From assembly GCA_965644295.1 (NCBI GenBank), contig CBFFRP010000419.1:62001-126000 (forward strand): 64,000 bases of DNA. Reading direction: 5' to 3'. Each line of letters starts with the position of its first letter. The first letter of the stretch is position 1. The notes under the pieces were generated by a model that was not told the DNA's origin, did no database searches, and saw nothing but the letters and a program-made list of their open reading frames with translations. Source of the stretch: Paraphysomonas bandaiensis (lineage: Eukaryota; Protista; Chrysophyceae). Shown here one piece after another: positions 1-12,496 of this stretch. A program made the position numbers and the translations under genes.

Positions 1-217
1 TGATACGTACGGGACTCGATCAGGAACAATGAATCTATCAAGGTCATATTCATTGGGCATGGACGGTGCTCCCCTAATGAAAAAATGAGAAAAAGGCGAT
101 ACACTGACTAATGAGCTTACACTGATGATGACGAGTTAGCGGGTTTAATACGCTGTGATCCAGCCTGTAGGCTATGCATATATTACACACGTATCGCGAA
201 AAAAAAAAATTCGTAAC

Positions 218-1253
218 TTACACAGCGTGGGCAGAATTAGGAGGTCGGGTTGGTCCTGGACTAGGGTGCACCTTCGTAGTCGAGGTGTGTGCTGGTACAG
301 TGGGCTGAGAGTCATTACCTCGTTCATCCGGCCCAAACATAGAAGAGCTCGGCTTTGTTTTGGGTGTAGAGGACGGTAACATGAACCCATCAGAATGTCG
401 GCGTTTCTTCGCACTCTTCACAGCCAGTCGTACAGGATGGTATGTCTTCCCATACTTATCAATCCGATATTTTTCTTGTTGCATCCAATATCTATATACA
501 TCATATATACATATGAATACACCATTATACAGTGTGTTATATATATCACCTTGTACCAAATACTTTCATACGAAGCTTACGCTGTATCTCCATAGGGATC
601 TCTAGTATCGTGATGTTCTCTTGAATGAATTGACGAAACACTTCGAGATTTATTTGACGATTAATCATCATAGCAAATTTATTATAAGCCCTATATGTAT
701 ATATAACACAGTGAGTGTCTCTCTCTATACATATATATATATATACATGTATACTTACTTAAGTATCTCATAGCATTTAGTAAACCCCTCTCCATATATA
801 TCTGTTAACAGCTTCTGTGCTTCAGTAGGATCAATATCACCACTATCATCTTCATCATACAGATCAAATATGAAATCCACTGTATATAAATCAATCAACT
901 AGATACATACATATATATATAGATACATACATACCTAATCCTGCTTTATTAAGTGTACAATAATTCCATATACAAAATACAAAATTACGAAAATTAATTT
1001 CGTAATTTAATTTTTTATTATCATAATAACTAAGTGCACGTGTAGCATATCCACAATTTTCAATATTACATTGTTGTAATAATTTTGTAACTTCGACTTT
1101 TTCACAATTATTTATTTTTGCATCATCAAAACATTTGTAAAATTTTCCCACATAGGCTTCACTTATATTCAATGCCTCAAATTCTACTTCATATTGTTTG
1201 AGACTTGGTATATATGAGTATACTTTCGAATACTTTCCAGTTACTGCACCCAT
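218..1253 (-). CDS. Multi-exon EF-hand calcium-binding protein with possible N-myristoylation (MGAVTGK)
   Basis: Exon 1 (ORF 891..1343 from MG at 1253) ends FVFCIWNYCTLNKAGL at a GT donor. The next exon (~760-880) reads DFIFDLYDEDDSGDIDPTE, a canonical EF loop. Later exons read PYEIQRKLRMKVFGTR/YWMQQEK. One apparent 1-nt deletion in a homopolymer near 595. Boundaries approximate. Confidence 0.6.
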
Positions 1254-3253
1254 TGTATCATTACACACAGTTATAGTATGTATGTATGTATGTATGTATG
1301 AGATGAGAGGTAATTGAATTGGCTTACTTTCCACTTCGCTCATACTTCAGAACAAATACGATGAGATGTTATCGTACATATATATGGATCTATATACTAG
1401 TATAGTATATGTATGTCTGTTATAGATACAGGTTTATATATATGTATACTCATATAGTATACAGCAGTATTATATGCGAATCCTCTTCAAAATCTACACA
1501 GCAACTCACACACATACTGGCTGTACATAACGGTATACACTGCTGTATATTTTCTTTAATGGATTGTAGAACTGAAAATAAATGACTCTTGATGATACCG
1601 CTCAGAGATATGGGCATCGTGGCCATATAGCAATACATACATACATATCAGCATCTAATTTTTCGGAAATAAATTGAACCGAAAATCCTCTACATTATTG
1701 TACTCCAACTACGGCTGAAATACACATAAATGTTGTCTCAATATATCAGGCATTTTTTAACAAAAAAATACAAAGCATGCCGATACGCATACAATATCCT
1801 TGCAAACAATGCATCACCATTAAGTTACTATAGTTGTAAATGAAACGTATCAATATCAACAAACTCTATGCATCAGTGTTTACTGCTGATCATCAACCAT
1901 CACTGATAATCGAGGATACATTGTTAGTAGCAGCTGCATACAGTGTCGTTACACACCGAAACGGCCTTAACACATCTACAACTCATACATCATATTGCAT
2001 ACTCGTGTTCAAACATTCAAACAATGAAGCGTTATTATCTTAATAACCTCTTCAAGCATAAATACTACTTTAGATGTGCTGAGATGGGTCCTTGTATGCA
2101 CCAAGTGCCCTTACGAAACCCAACTTCTTGTTTATACACTACACACTTCATTGCAAGTATATTACTACTCTTGTCTATATCAACTTCCTCCGTATCAAGC
2201 CATGTCAGCCATACCCCACCACTAACCTCAATTAGTCTCTCTTCTTCGATGGATCTAAACAAATTCCTCATCCAGGATATAAGCAGGAATATTTCATGAC
2301 CTCCTCGATTCATAGCTTACAGAAACACAATACTCTCAGTCTTCAGAGCCGGAAAGACTACAGCCAGACTGGCTCGATCCAGCAGGAGCGAAAGCATCAT
2401 AGTGATAGTTCACGCACATGTAGTTCCCAGAGCATATATCCTAACCTCTAGCAGAGATGCTGTACTCAGGTTCCTACGATTTCAACATAATGTATTTAGT
2501 ATACATGCTAATAAAAAGTATGACGTTTTCAAGGTGATATTTAGGTAACTTAAAACGCAAATCAAATGTTTATTAACATAAATCGATTTTTTGATAAAAA
2601 GCAACATAGATGCTAGCAATGTTAATAGCGTGTAATTGAAATGTAGACATCATGGTACACAGTATTTACTCATTTGATACAAAGAGGACTCTCATTGAGC
2701 TCTATTAACACGTCACATGTAACATTATTTAAAGAAACTACTGTGCTTACACAAGTCCCTACCCAATAAACAGAATAATAAAATCAATTTGCTAAGCATA
2801 AAGGTTGAGTTGAGAGTCTACCATAGATTTGGAGATTACAGGAAGGAGGCAATCCATATATATTTAGACGTAGCTTCATGTGTAAATGCCTTAGCTATTC
2901 ATTGGTGGGTAATTAGAATAGTACACTCTACACTCTTATCGACCCCGACTTGAGAATCGGATTGACAAGAATAAGCGCGTAATGGGAGCGAGAATGTTGT
3001 GGTTACAACAATAATAGCGACAATGAATTTAAATATTTCGTTGATAAACTCTGATATAAGGTATGAGCATAATGTATTATTATACGCTTACAGAGTGCAT
3101 CTAGCAAGAACTAACAAGAACAACAGCGAACACCTACATAACTATTGTATGGAAAATAGTCGAATCTTTCGATGCACAAAATACACAAAATCGCTTGCGA
3201 AATGAAATGAACTTTATAGTTGGGTGGTTGGGACACTAATCCTCAAAATCTCA

Positions 3254-6200
3254 TCATGCACTACTCAAAGGCTCATAACCTTGAGTAAAGCGGCTCAGGA
3301 AACCGCCAGAGGTTTCAACTGCAAGTGGGCTACTTCTGGATTTCCTATCTGCGTGTTGACGTCGCTTCCGTCGCTTCATGGACGCTATCGATGAGGCCGA
3401 ATTAGTAGAAAGAAAAATTGACATCAGCTCAAGATCCTTTGTAGAAAGAAGGTTCGTTAGGCCACTGCGATGCTCCCCTAATGGGTAATGGAGATGACTT
3501 GGCCATCCTTGCCACACACTACCCGAATCAACCATTTCCCCAGAGATGACAAGGGTATGCTCGAGAAGCACGGAGTGGTCTTCCATACCACTACCCGAGA
3601 GAAGTCTTGTGTTAGATTTCAAAACACACCCATCACCAACCTCAATGGGATTCAGTCTAGAACAAAATAGTTATAATGAAGTCTGCACTACATACATGAC
3701 ACACATATGCATACAACCACAGCATGCTGTTTTGATATACAGTGTGTATCCCATTTAAATTTGCAATTCTACAACTACACTTTCTACTTACTTGAAGAAA
3801 CCTCTTGTGTTAATATGAGCTATCAATGACGCATTATCAATGCAACAATCATCGCCAATAGTGACCAAGTCAGGCTCCGTCATCATGGGGTCGCCTCCAT
3901 TGGGATAGAGACAGACATTTTCACCTATTTTGCAGCCTAGGGCCCTAAAATACCACACCAAATAGGGGCTCCCGCAAAAGAGCTCCAGTATGCCGGTGTA
4001 TTGCCGCTCGCCTCGACGAATTTCCTATATAAATATATATAAGTGACGAACTCACATCCTACACAAACGCAAAAGGCATACCTGCAATGTCAAATGCAGT
4101 TGCCATCTTTGACAATATGACGAGGTGTCCCATGCATAATCCCCCTGCACCCTTCTACCTATCAGCACCCACTTCGCAACCACATCAAAGGCTAATGCGG
4201 ACAATGATAGCACAATATACACTGGTATGAAGGCAATCATGCTCATTCTAAACAAAGTAAGAGGGTTTTGGAGGCTAGATTCATTAAACTCAGCGAAGTA
4301 CTGCGCGAGAAAGAGCGATAAGAGGAGAGGACAGTTATGGTAGCATACACAAAAACCCTGCCATATTGTGTTATATGATGCAACCAGCCATAACGGTAAG
4401 ACACAATAAGATGCGTCCTTTCCATAAAATGCACGTCCAAAAGGAGAGTTCGTGTCTTTGTCGCGAAAGCTTTCATCTTCTGGTGACACTACCGCAGCAC
4501 TGCCCCCTCGACTACCAACCCACATACTTCCAACCGCCCCTTCAAAGCCTTCATGAGCGAGAGATCCTGATCCTAGCACACATCCCCGCCGGAGAATTAC
4601 TCCTGGAAGAACAACGCAACGGTCCGCAACCATAGATCCCGCCTCGAGTACAACTCGGCTGGAGTGTTTCGCGGACGAAGTCATTATCACTGATCTCGAG
4701 CCAAACACAACGTCATCCCCGACTTCGAACATGTCGTATTCAACGATATCTAGTCCTGTCCCTGGCCAATACACGCGCTTGCCTACTTTTGCACCAAGAG
4801 CGCGGTATATCATACTAATAACCTCGTAGTGAGTTCCTACTAGCCTTGCCACACCAGCTAGGTCTCCACCTGGCAGGAGTTTAGACATGAGCCAATAACG
4901 GAAGAGGTTGTATGGTCGCAACCGTTCCTTCGTATTTTGAGGAACGAATTTCCCAATCAACGACCATTTGATCAGGATAACAACAAGCAACTTAACAGGA
5001 GGTACAATACACCGCTGGATAACGCGTAAGGCAAAGTAATATATCATACGTTGGGGGGTTATCCACCATAGAAATGCATCATATATCGAATTCAGATCGG
5101 AACTATACCACCCAGAGTCGCGGGCCTCATTTACCATTGCACGAAGGACAATTACCCACGGTGCATATGATACCATCGCCACAGTCGCCAACACTGGTAT
5201 GCCAATTAAGACAATCAGCGAAAGAGGGGGAGACGGAAATGCCGGACGACAGTAGCTCATGCTACGAGGGTCGGCATCCTCCCTTTCGTGGGATGATGAT
5301 AAAGGACCAATATGAGTACCGGATGATACTACCGCCCCGGGTGCGACCACAGATTTGACACCTATCGAGCATCTATCACCTATGACAATAGGAAGCAAAA
5401 TCATGTGACCCTCTTCTAAAGCAAACGGGCGCACCACAGCATCGTCAATAACCACATTGTCACCAATCGCCAACAAATCTGCCTGACCGAGTTGAGCGTT
5501 TCTGTGTATCTTAACGTTCTTTCCGATTGAGGCCCCCATCAATGTATAGTAAAACCGTACCAAAAACGTCCCTATAAGAGGAAAATCATCTCTAAATATT
5601 CCAGTACCTACTATTCTAATAATTTGTTCCACAAGCCACCACTTTAGGTACATTACCCCCCATATTGGATACCGACCAGGTTTATACTTTCCAATAATCA
5701 GCCACTTACACAATACACCGAAGAGAGGAAAGAGTGTGGCACTGACCACTCGCATCAGTAGCATGGCCATTATCAGTGCAGGAAACCTATCAATACCAAG
5801 ATTCATGAACATCACCCAGGGGCCAGCAATCAGAAACCACATAGAGAGTCTTCTAGCGGGAAACACCAGTACAAACGGTATGAGCTGAGTTATGAGGCAT
5901 CCCCAGGATGTGCTGCTGAGCTTCATACTATACTCCCAATTGTTCACACTACCAGGATCAGTATCTACTCCCCCGAAAACGTCATCCTTAGGTGATGCAA
6001 TGGAAAGCGGTCGCAACAGCTTGGCACTATCACCTCCTTCGCTGTAGGTATCATCAAAATCAAACACGGACTCTTCTGTATCCATTGAGATTAGAAAAGA
6101 AATTTTCTGAGCCATTGATTCAATAGTCGGAGATGTGAAGAGATCTGCCACTGTCATTGCAACGTCAAATTTCTTTCTAATTGCACTGACAAGCCCTCCA

Positions 6201-8618
6201 GCTCGCAAAGAGTCCCCACCAAGTTCAAAAAAACTCGAAGTCACTGACAGGGTTCGATCAAACATTAGTTGCTCCCTCCATATCTTCTCAATATCTTCTT
6301 CCATTTCATTGCGCGGTAAGACCACAGTTTTGGCAGTAAATATCTCAACTGCCCTAGCTACCAGAGCATCCTGACTACCATTCGTGTTATTACCATTTAA
6401 CATTGGTACTTCTCCTAGTGTATCCGTGGCATGGATGAAAAGGGGACACAAGTAAGTGTGCAGACTGCTCTCACAAGTTGCCTGCAGTGCACTTGTATCA
6501 GCTGTAGATGGTGTGATAAAGGCCACCACAGCATCACGCTGCGATGGCAGATCAAGAACAGTCACAGCGACACGATCTACGCCATCCTGCTTTCTTAGGA
6601 AAGCTTCAGTGATCTTTATATCCTGCACAACACGAGATACCTCTATCGGCGTGCCTAGAGGCGTCCCGTTTGGTGGACACTTGCCCTCATACAAGCGAGA
6701 AATAGGAGAAGTGTCATCGTCCACAGCCGGAAGCTGTGCACGTTCCGCAAATCTTACTCGAAGGACCTTGTTCGATGCGTTCTTGGGCAATGCATCCATG
6801 TAAACGACAATCTAGTGCCATATCTTAGACAAAACATGTAGAGAGTACACACACACACCTGGGGCCACTTAGAGCGGTGCAATGAGTTATCCAGGTGCTT
6901 GTGCAGATCATGAATATCAGGACGTGGACGAGATGCCTCTGTTACAATAACAGCCCCCACTGTCTCCTGATACTGCGAATGCGGGGACGCAAAACACATT
7001 ACTTCTCTAACATCAGGATGTGAAATGACAGCTTCCTCGATTTCAAACGGCGATATAGTTTCCCCACCGCGGTTGATGATTTCCTTCGAACGCCCAGATA
7101 TGAACAAATAGCCAGCCTCATCTAGATGTCCACAGTCACCCGTACAAAACCATTTATCTTGACCATTGACAGTAAAAAATGCATCATTCAGTGCATCATT
7201 ACTTTCTTCGTTTCGTTCATAACCACCAAAGCACGGCGGCCCTCGAACCATGATATGGCCTTTCCCTCCCGGGGGAAGGACGGTTATCATATCTTCTCCA
7301 ACTATACATATATCGGGACCAACAGGGGTTCCAGATGTTCCAACAGGGTCCATTTTATAAGTCTGAGGAGGGGTGGAGATGGGCATGCTGAAAAAGAGTT
7401 AACGCGAAAATGAAGCGAAACAAGTGCCAAATAGGTATGCTTAGCGAGTAATGTCAATACACATATGAACACAGTACATATTAGAAATAATATACACAAA
7501 TGTATATATAAACGAATACACACTTACCACTCGGTCATCCCATAGCTGGTTAGTATGGTAGCATCAAATACTTCTTTCAGGGACGCAGCTAGAGCGGGTA
7601 GCAGTCCACCAGCTGCATTGGCCACGAACCGTACTGGCTCCACAGGTAGAGAAGTCGTAGCTTCTTTTCGCCTAGCAGCCTCCTGTAAAACCGCATGATG
7701 CATTGTCGGGGCGGCATAGTACCACGTGAAACTGCGGGATTCTAAAATATCCCAAAACAGAATGGGATCGAAAGCAGGACACGTGATGACCGCACCGCCG
7801 GCTAAGATTGGTGAAAAAATATTGCGCACAATACCACCAATATGAAACAATGGCATCATATTTAGGCATATGTCATGAGAAGACAAATTCCATGAGGAAA
7901 CGATACATCCCACACCCACGACCAACATATTCAGTGTATAAGGAACCAGTTTTTTCTTTCCGCTGGTGCCAGAGGTATGCAGCAGTAAGACAACATCTGT
8001 CGCCGAATTCTGTATTTTCTCCGTTTGCAATTGTATATCGCTAATATTTTTCACTGAATACATCACTTCCAGTGTGAATAGCCCACATACAGTTGTACTA
8101 GGTGTCAATATCAGGACACCCAGTCCTAGAGTATGAGCAATCTGTGCCGTTGATGCAGTTGTTGGATCTCCAGCCAACAAAATAACCGCTTTACACTTTG
8201 TGCTCTTCAGCTCAGACTGAATTTCAGTTGGGGTAATATTAGGATTAATAGGAGCTACACACCATCTGGTGACTAAGGCAATCAAACAGACAGCAAGCTC
8301 TGGTCCATTGGGCACTAACACAGCAACACGTGTACCGACAGGAATACCAAACTTTAAAAGATCAAAATCACAAGATGTAAATGATTTCAATACACAATGA
8401 GAAAGTTCTTGTCGATCTGTTATAGGATCAATCACAGCACTTGTGTCTGTATCCATAAGAAACTCACTGAGTCCTGCATAGCCTTCCAGTAGCCTATCAA
8501 CACACTCCCCACTAATACCTTTACGTGTCCCATTAATGCCATAATTCTGTAGTTTCGTTATTAATTTTGATCCCTCCATATTGAGGATAGTGTGATCACA
8601 TGTATCTGTATATGGCAT
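3254..8618 (-). CDS. Single-module NRPS-like protein: adenylation domain, carrier domain and membrane/left-handed beta-helix terminal region (Pls/PosA-like architecture); about 5 exons
   Basis: A-domain motifs LLLHTSGTSGKKK, SYGMTE, TGDCG, SGRSKEIINRGGETISPFEIE and LPKNASNKV. Phosphopantetheine site FFELGGDSL. Three repeats of hydrophobic helices plus KWLIIG(K/R)..PG.Y and hexapeptide repeats (GASIGKNVKI, GAKVGKRVYW, GCKIGENVCL). ORFs 7524-8618, 6754-7386, 4052-6799, ~3791-4025 and 3254-3656 are joined by GT-AG introns. Confidence 0.85.
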
Positions 8619-9254
8619 ATGCTTCTATGGATGGATGGATGGATGTATGTACCCTCAGGTCAATTGCTTAACACCCGACACTACATGTATGTATTACCCT
8701 ATCGATCCACTCTATGATCGGGTTATACAGTCTGTTAGAGATAGTAATCCATTCACTGTGTATAGACGTACTGCGTGAATGAAGGAGTTAATAGAACTGC
8801 ACTGGACTGGATGTATGTATGTATGTATGGGTGGTGAACCTCAAACTTCTCTATGTAATTTTTATAGACATAAAACTGTATCAAAATCTAAGAGGATGGG
8901 TCATAAAAACTACACTTTTGTGTTAAAATCCTATGAAATTATCCATAAAATTCTACAAATAGAAATAGAAGGATTTATGGACCATATTTACACCCACGGT
9001 CGACAAAATATTTCCTAGAAGGACAAAACTAGCTAGGTGACACTTGATATCGAATCAATATTAAATATGCTATTATGATTGGTGGAAAGAATAGATAAAT
9101 CTCTTTTGCGATATAATTTCCCTAATTTTAATAAATATATTCATTGTTTCTCAATAATATACTAGAAAATAGCTGTTTTGATATAGAAAAGATGGTTTTA
9201 TAGCACAAACCAGGGTTTTCTATCCATTCAATTGATCCCTAGAGGTTCATATGT

Positions 9255-10580
9255 ATGACATCCATCTCATTAAGTATCAGATCGTCATATAAACACACTA
9301 CTACACACACCATCCTTTCAATGTCAAACAATAATAAAGATTCCAAAGATAATGATCATCCATCTAAACGTTTTCGTAGAGAGACTATACAATCACATGA
9401 TCCAGCACGTGATCACTTGGATTCTATCCAACCCCAACTGTCTCCATATGAATTACAGTTAGCTAATCGTGTGAAAGAATTAGAAGATCGTATAGAAAAA
9501 TTAAATTCAAGAGTTCATCACGAAATAACAAATTTACCACAAGAAGTTGCAGCAGCTTTCCCTTATATTACTTATAATCAAATACAACAAACATTTGATG
9601 ATTTTTGTTTACGTATACGACAAGATATAACAGATATCCATCAAGCTCAAGTCGATAGATCTCGAATCAATTGGCCTCAAGGCAATAGATCTCAAGTCAT
9701 TGGGGCTCAGATCAATCAAGATCAAGCCGGTAGATCTCAAGCCAATGAGGCTCAAGTCAGTCGAGATCACGCCAATAAATCTCAAGTCAATGGGGTTCAG
9801 GTCAAACGAGAACAATCCAATAGATCTCAAATCAATGGACCTCAAGTCAATCAAGATCAAGGCAATAGATCTCAAGTTAATCAAGATCAAGCCAATAGAT
9901 CTCAAGTCAATGGGGTCCAGGTCAAACGAGAACAAGCCAATAGATCTCAAGTCAATGGAACTCAGATCAAACAAGAACAATCCGATAGATCTCAAGTCAA
10001 TGAGGCTCAAGTCAGTCAAGATCAAGCCAATAGATCTCAAGTCGACAGAACAACAGCGTCAGAAACTTCTGTTAAAGTGGTTCTGATTCACGAGTCAGGT
10101 AAACGTGAATTAGTGGATATGTTTCTTTGGGGTGAAGACTATCATTTGTATCCGGAGTCATTTCGATTTCCAACTGGAAAAATAAAGTTGTTGTGGGATC
10201 GATGGTGGGGAGGAGAGCCCGAAAGAGATATACGTCCATACAGACAACTCAAGGGACATGATTTGCAGAAGAAGGACAGAGTTAAGTGGAGTAAATGCTC
10301 CTTCGTAATGCGTCACCTGATAAACATTGGTATAAATATGAATGAAATTTCATCTGAGGAGGACATTATCGAACAGAATCTGCATCAACGTGATGATTTA
10401 TTCAACAAAATATTCAAGACATTTTACATGGACTTGGTTACCTTATCTCATGACGTAGAGTTGGATGAATTACGCGTGGCGGGTATGTCGTATACAACGC
10501 TATACGATTATATGAAAGGTCGACGCAGAAAGGTGAAAGCGGCGGAGGATGAAACAGAAAGTAGCAAGTGTGCAACTTAA
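9255..10580 (+). CDS. Intronless protein with Q/N/S-rich internal repeats and a C-terminal W-rich domain, possibly transposon-derived
   Basis: 441-aa ORF with repeats of the type QANRSQVNQD and a C-terminal FLWGEDYHLYPESFRFPTGKIKLLWDRWWGG..IRPYRQL motif. The real start may be MSNNN at 9321. Confidence 0.6.
   Translation: MTSISLSIRSSYKHTTTHTILSMSNNNKDSKDNDHPSKRFRRETIQSHDPARDHLDSIQPQLSPYELQLANRVKELEDRIEKLNSRVHHEITNLPQEVAAAFPYITYNQIQQTFDDFCLRIRQDITDIHQAQVDRSRINWPQGNRSQVIGAQINQDQAGRSQANEAQVSRDHANKSQVNGVQVKREQSNRSQINGPQVNQDQGNRSQVNQDQANRSQVNGVQVKREQANRSQVNGTQIKQEQSDRSQVNEAQVSQDQANRSQVDRTTASETSVKVVLIHESGKRELVDMFLWGEDYHLYPESFRFPTGKIKLLWDRWWGGEPERDIRPYRQLKGHDLQKKDRVKWSKCSFVMRHLINIGINMNEISSEEDIIEQNLHQRDDLFNKIFKTFYMDLVTLSHDVELDELRVAGMSYTTLYDYMKGRRRKVKAAEDETESSKCAT
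9650..10045 (+). repeat. Coding tandem repeat with 15/30-bp periodicity, core AATAGATCTCAAGTC
   Basis: Core TAGATCTCAA recurs about ten times and keeps several frames open (ORFs 9609-10040 and 9700-10086 are shadows). Confidence 0.85.
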
Positions 10581-12081
10581 CCGCTTACTCACCCAACTGT
10601 TTATTTACTTGTGTAGCAGCAAAGGCATGAAATTACTTAATAATATTGTGTTTTGAAGAATAGTATCATGATAAGCGGTGCCGTATCCAAGCACTAAGTA
10701 CTTCTCCACTTGTCAAGGGGTATCTCGAACAAGTCATAAAGATTATGACTGCATGCACAGTAACCATTACATTCACATGGCCCAGACACTGCTGCTATAC
10801 TCTATACTCCCTCTTCGGTCTTTGGAATCTGTTCATATGTCTGAGATAGGATGTGTAGTTCGAATAGATAAGTAATAAGTACTTTTTACTTCACTGCAAG
10901 CAGAAAAATAGTGGCATTATGTATACCTACGAAGCAGGGTTGCGTAACAATTAATAGATTTTCAATTGATTGCAATATCTATTGTTAATAATTGAATAAG
11001 ATTGGTTTTCAATTTCAGTTATTATTGATTGCGAGGGCATTATTAATTCTTAAACCACCCTGATATCAATGCAGCAGGGCTGCGTAACAATGAATTGAAT
11101 TGCAATTAAATTGCACGGAACATACGTAATAATTGCAATTATAATTACCCGCTGGAATGTTGCAATTAAATTGCAATATATTTACATTACGAGAGGTACT
11201 GTGTGACTTTGACATAAAAATGCATCATGTATTTATATTCATTCGGCATTCATATTTCATTGTGTCAATGGTATAGAAATAATGATGAATAACACAATCC
11301 TTCATGAAGTGATTCCGAGGTTGAAGAACAAGTGTCAGACCCAGAATCAGATTGTCATCGTTCGTCACCAACATTCGCAGTTGGCAAACTAGTTTCTAAC
11401 ATACATAATTTAAGAGGCATTACTTCTGATGATGTAATATAAGCAGCGACATGTGCAACACATATATTTAATCAACGAATGTAAAAGATATATTATATAC
11501 TCAGGTACACAGACAATACTTACGATATCAAATATTATTTTGGACAGTAGTATGACAACAACAACCTAGCGCCAAGTTACTTGAGGCACTTAAAAGGGTA
11601 CTATATAAAATATATTATATATTATGTAAACGTTATATATATAATACATACAGTAACTTCTTCGTCAAAGAAAAGAACTAAAAAACAGCAATGGGAAATA
11701 GTGCCAGGGCCTACAACAGAATGGGTGGATCAATACAAACAACACATCTGAGAATGTTGTGACCGGAAAACGTCGACGTAGTAGTGGGGTATCGTACAAC
11801 GAATAGCTCTATATATATTATGCTTGACGTAATATAATAGCTTGAACTGTATATTATAATATATATGTGTAGTCGGTGACTTTTATTGCTGTAAAACTGA
11901 AGTAATATACGTGTGAAAGAGGAGTAAAAATATTATAAACAATTTTCTTCACTATTAATAAAATAATATTATCATAATATTAGTCAGTTAATGTGCATAT
12001 TTAAACCCTTTTCCGACCATCATCAAATATTTCACTAGGTTTTATACATTATTATTTCACCAGGTTTTGATATTACCTCGA

Positions 12082-12496
12082 TTTCATGTAGTGCACGCTT
12101 TTTGAGATCCAAGGGAATAACGTCCCGTTTGGTAAAAATATTGAATTGTCACCAGAGTGGACATTCCGTGAAGGGAAAAGATCTAAGGATATGGCCTCAA
12201 TTTTATTAATATATTATGCCAATTCCAACATTATTTATATTATGTCATCATTGAAACAGCTGCCAGGATAAATAACCTTGGAATTAGCATATAATAATGA
12301 TAAATAGTTATTTATCCTGGCAGCTGTTTCAATGATGAAATATAAATAATCTTGGAATTGACATATATTAATAAAATTCGAGGCCATATCCTTAGATCTT
12401 TTCCCTTCACGGAATGTCCACTCTGGTGACAATCCAATATTTTTACCAAACGGGACGTTGTTCCCTTGGATCTCAAAAAGCGTGCACTACATGAAA
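12082..12496. repeat. Foldback palindrome with ~190-bp arms and a 30-bp spacer
   Basis: 12082-12276 (TTTCATGTAGTGCACG...GGATAAATAAC) is the near-exact reverse complement of 12307-12496. Confidence 0.9.

Noticed and set aside
585-605. Frameshift in the EF-hand gene read as pseudogenisation
   Set aside because: One missing base in a short homopolymer restores the reading; a sequencing error is more likely.
9609-10086. Overlapping repeat ORFs in other frames
   Set aside because: Shadows of the 15/30-bp tandem repeat in ORF 9255-10580.
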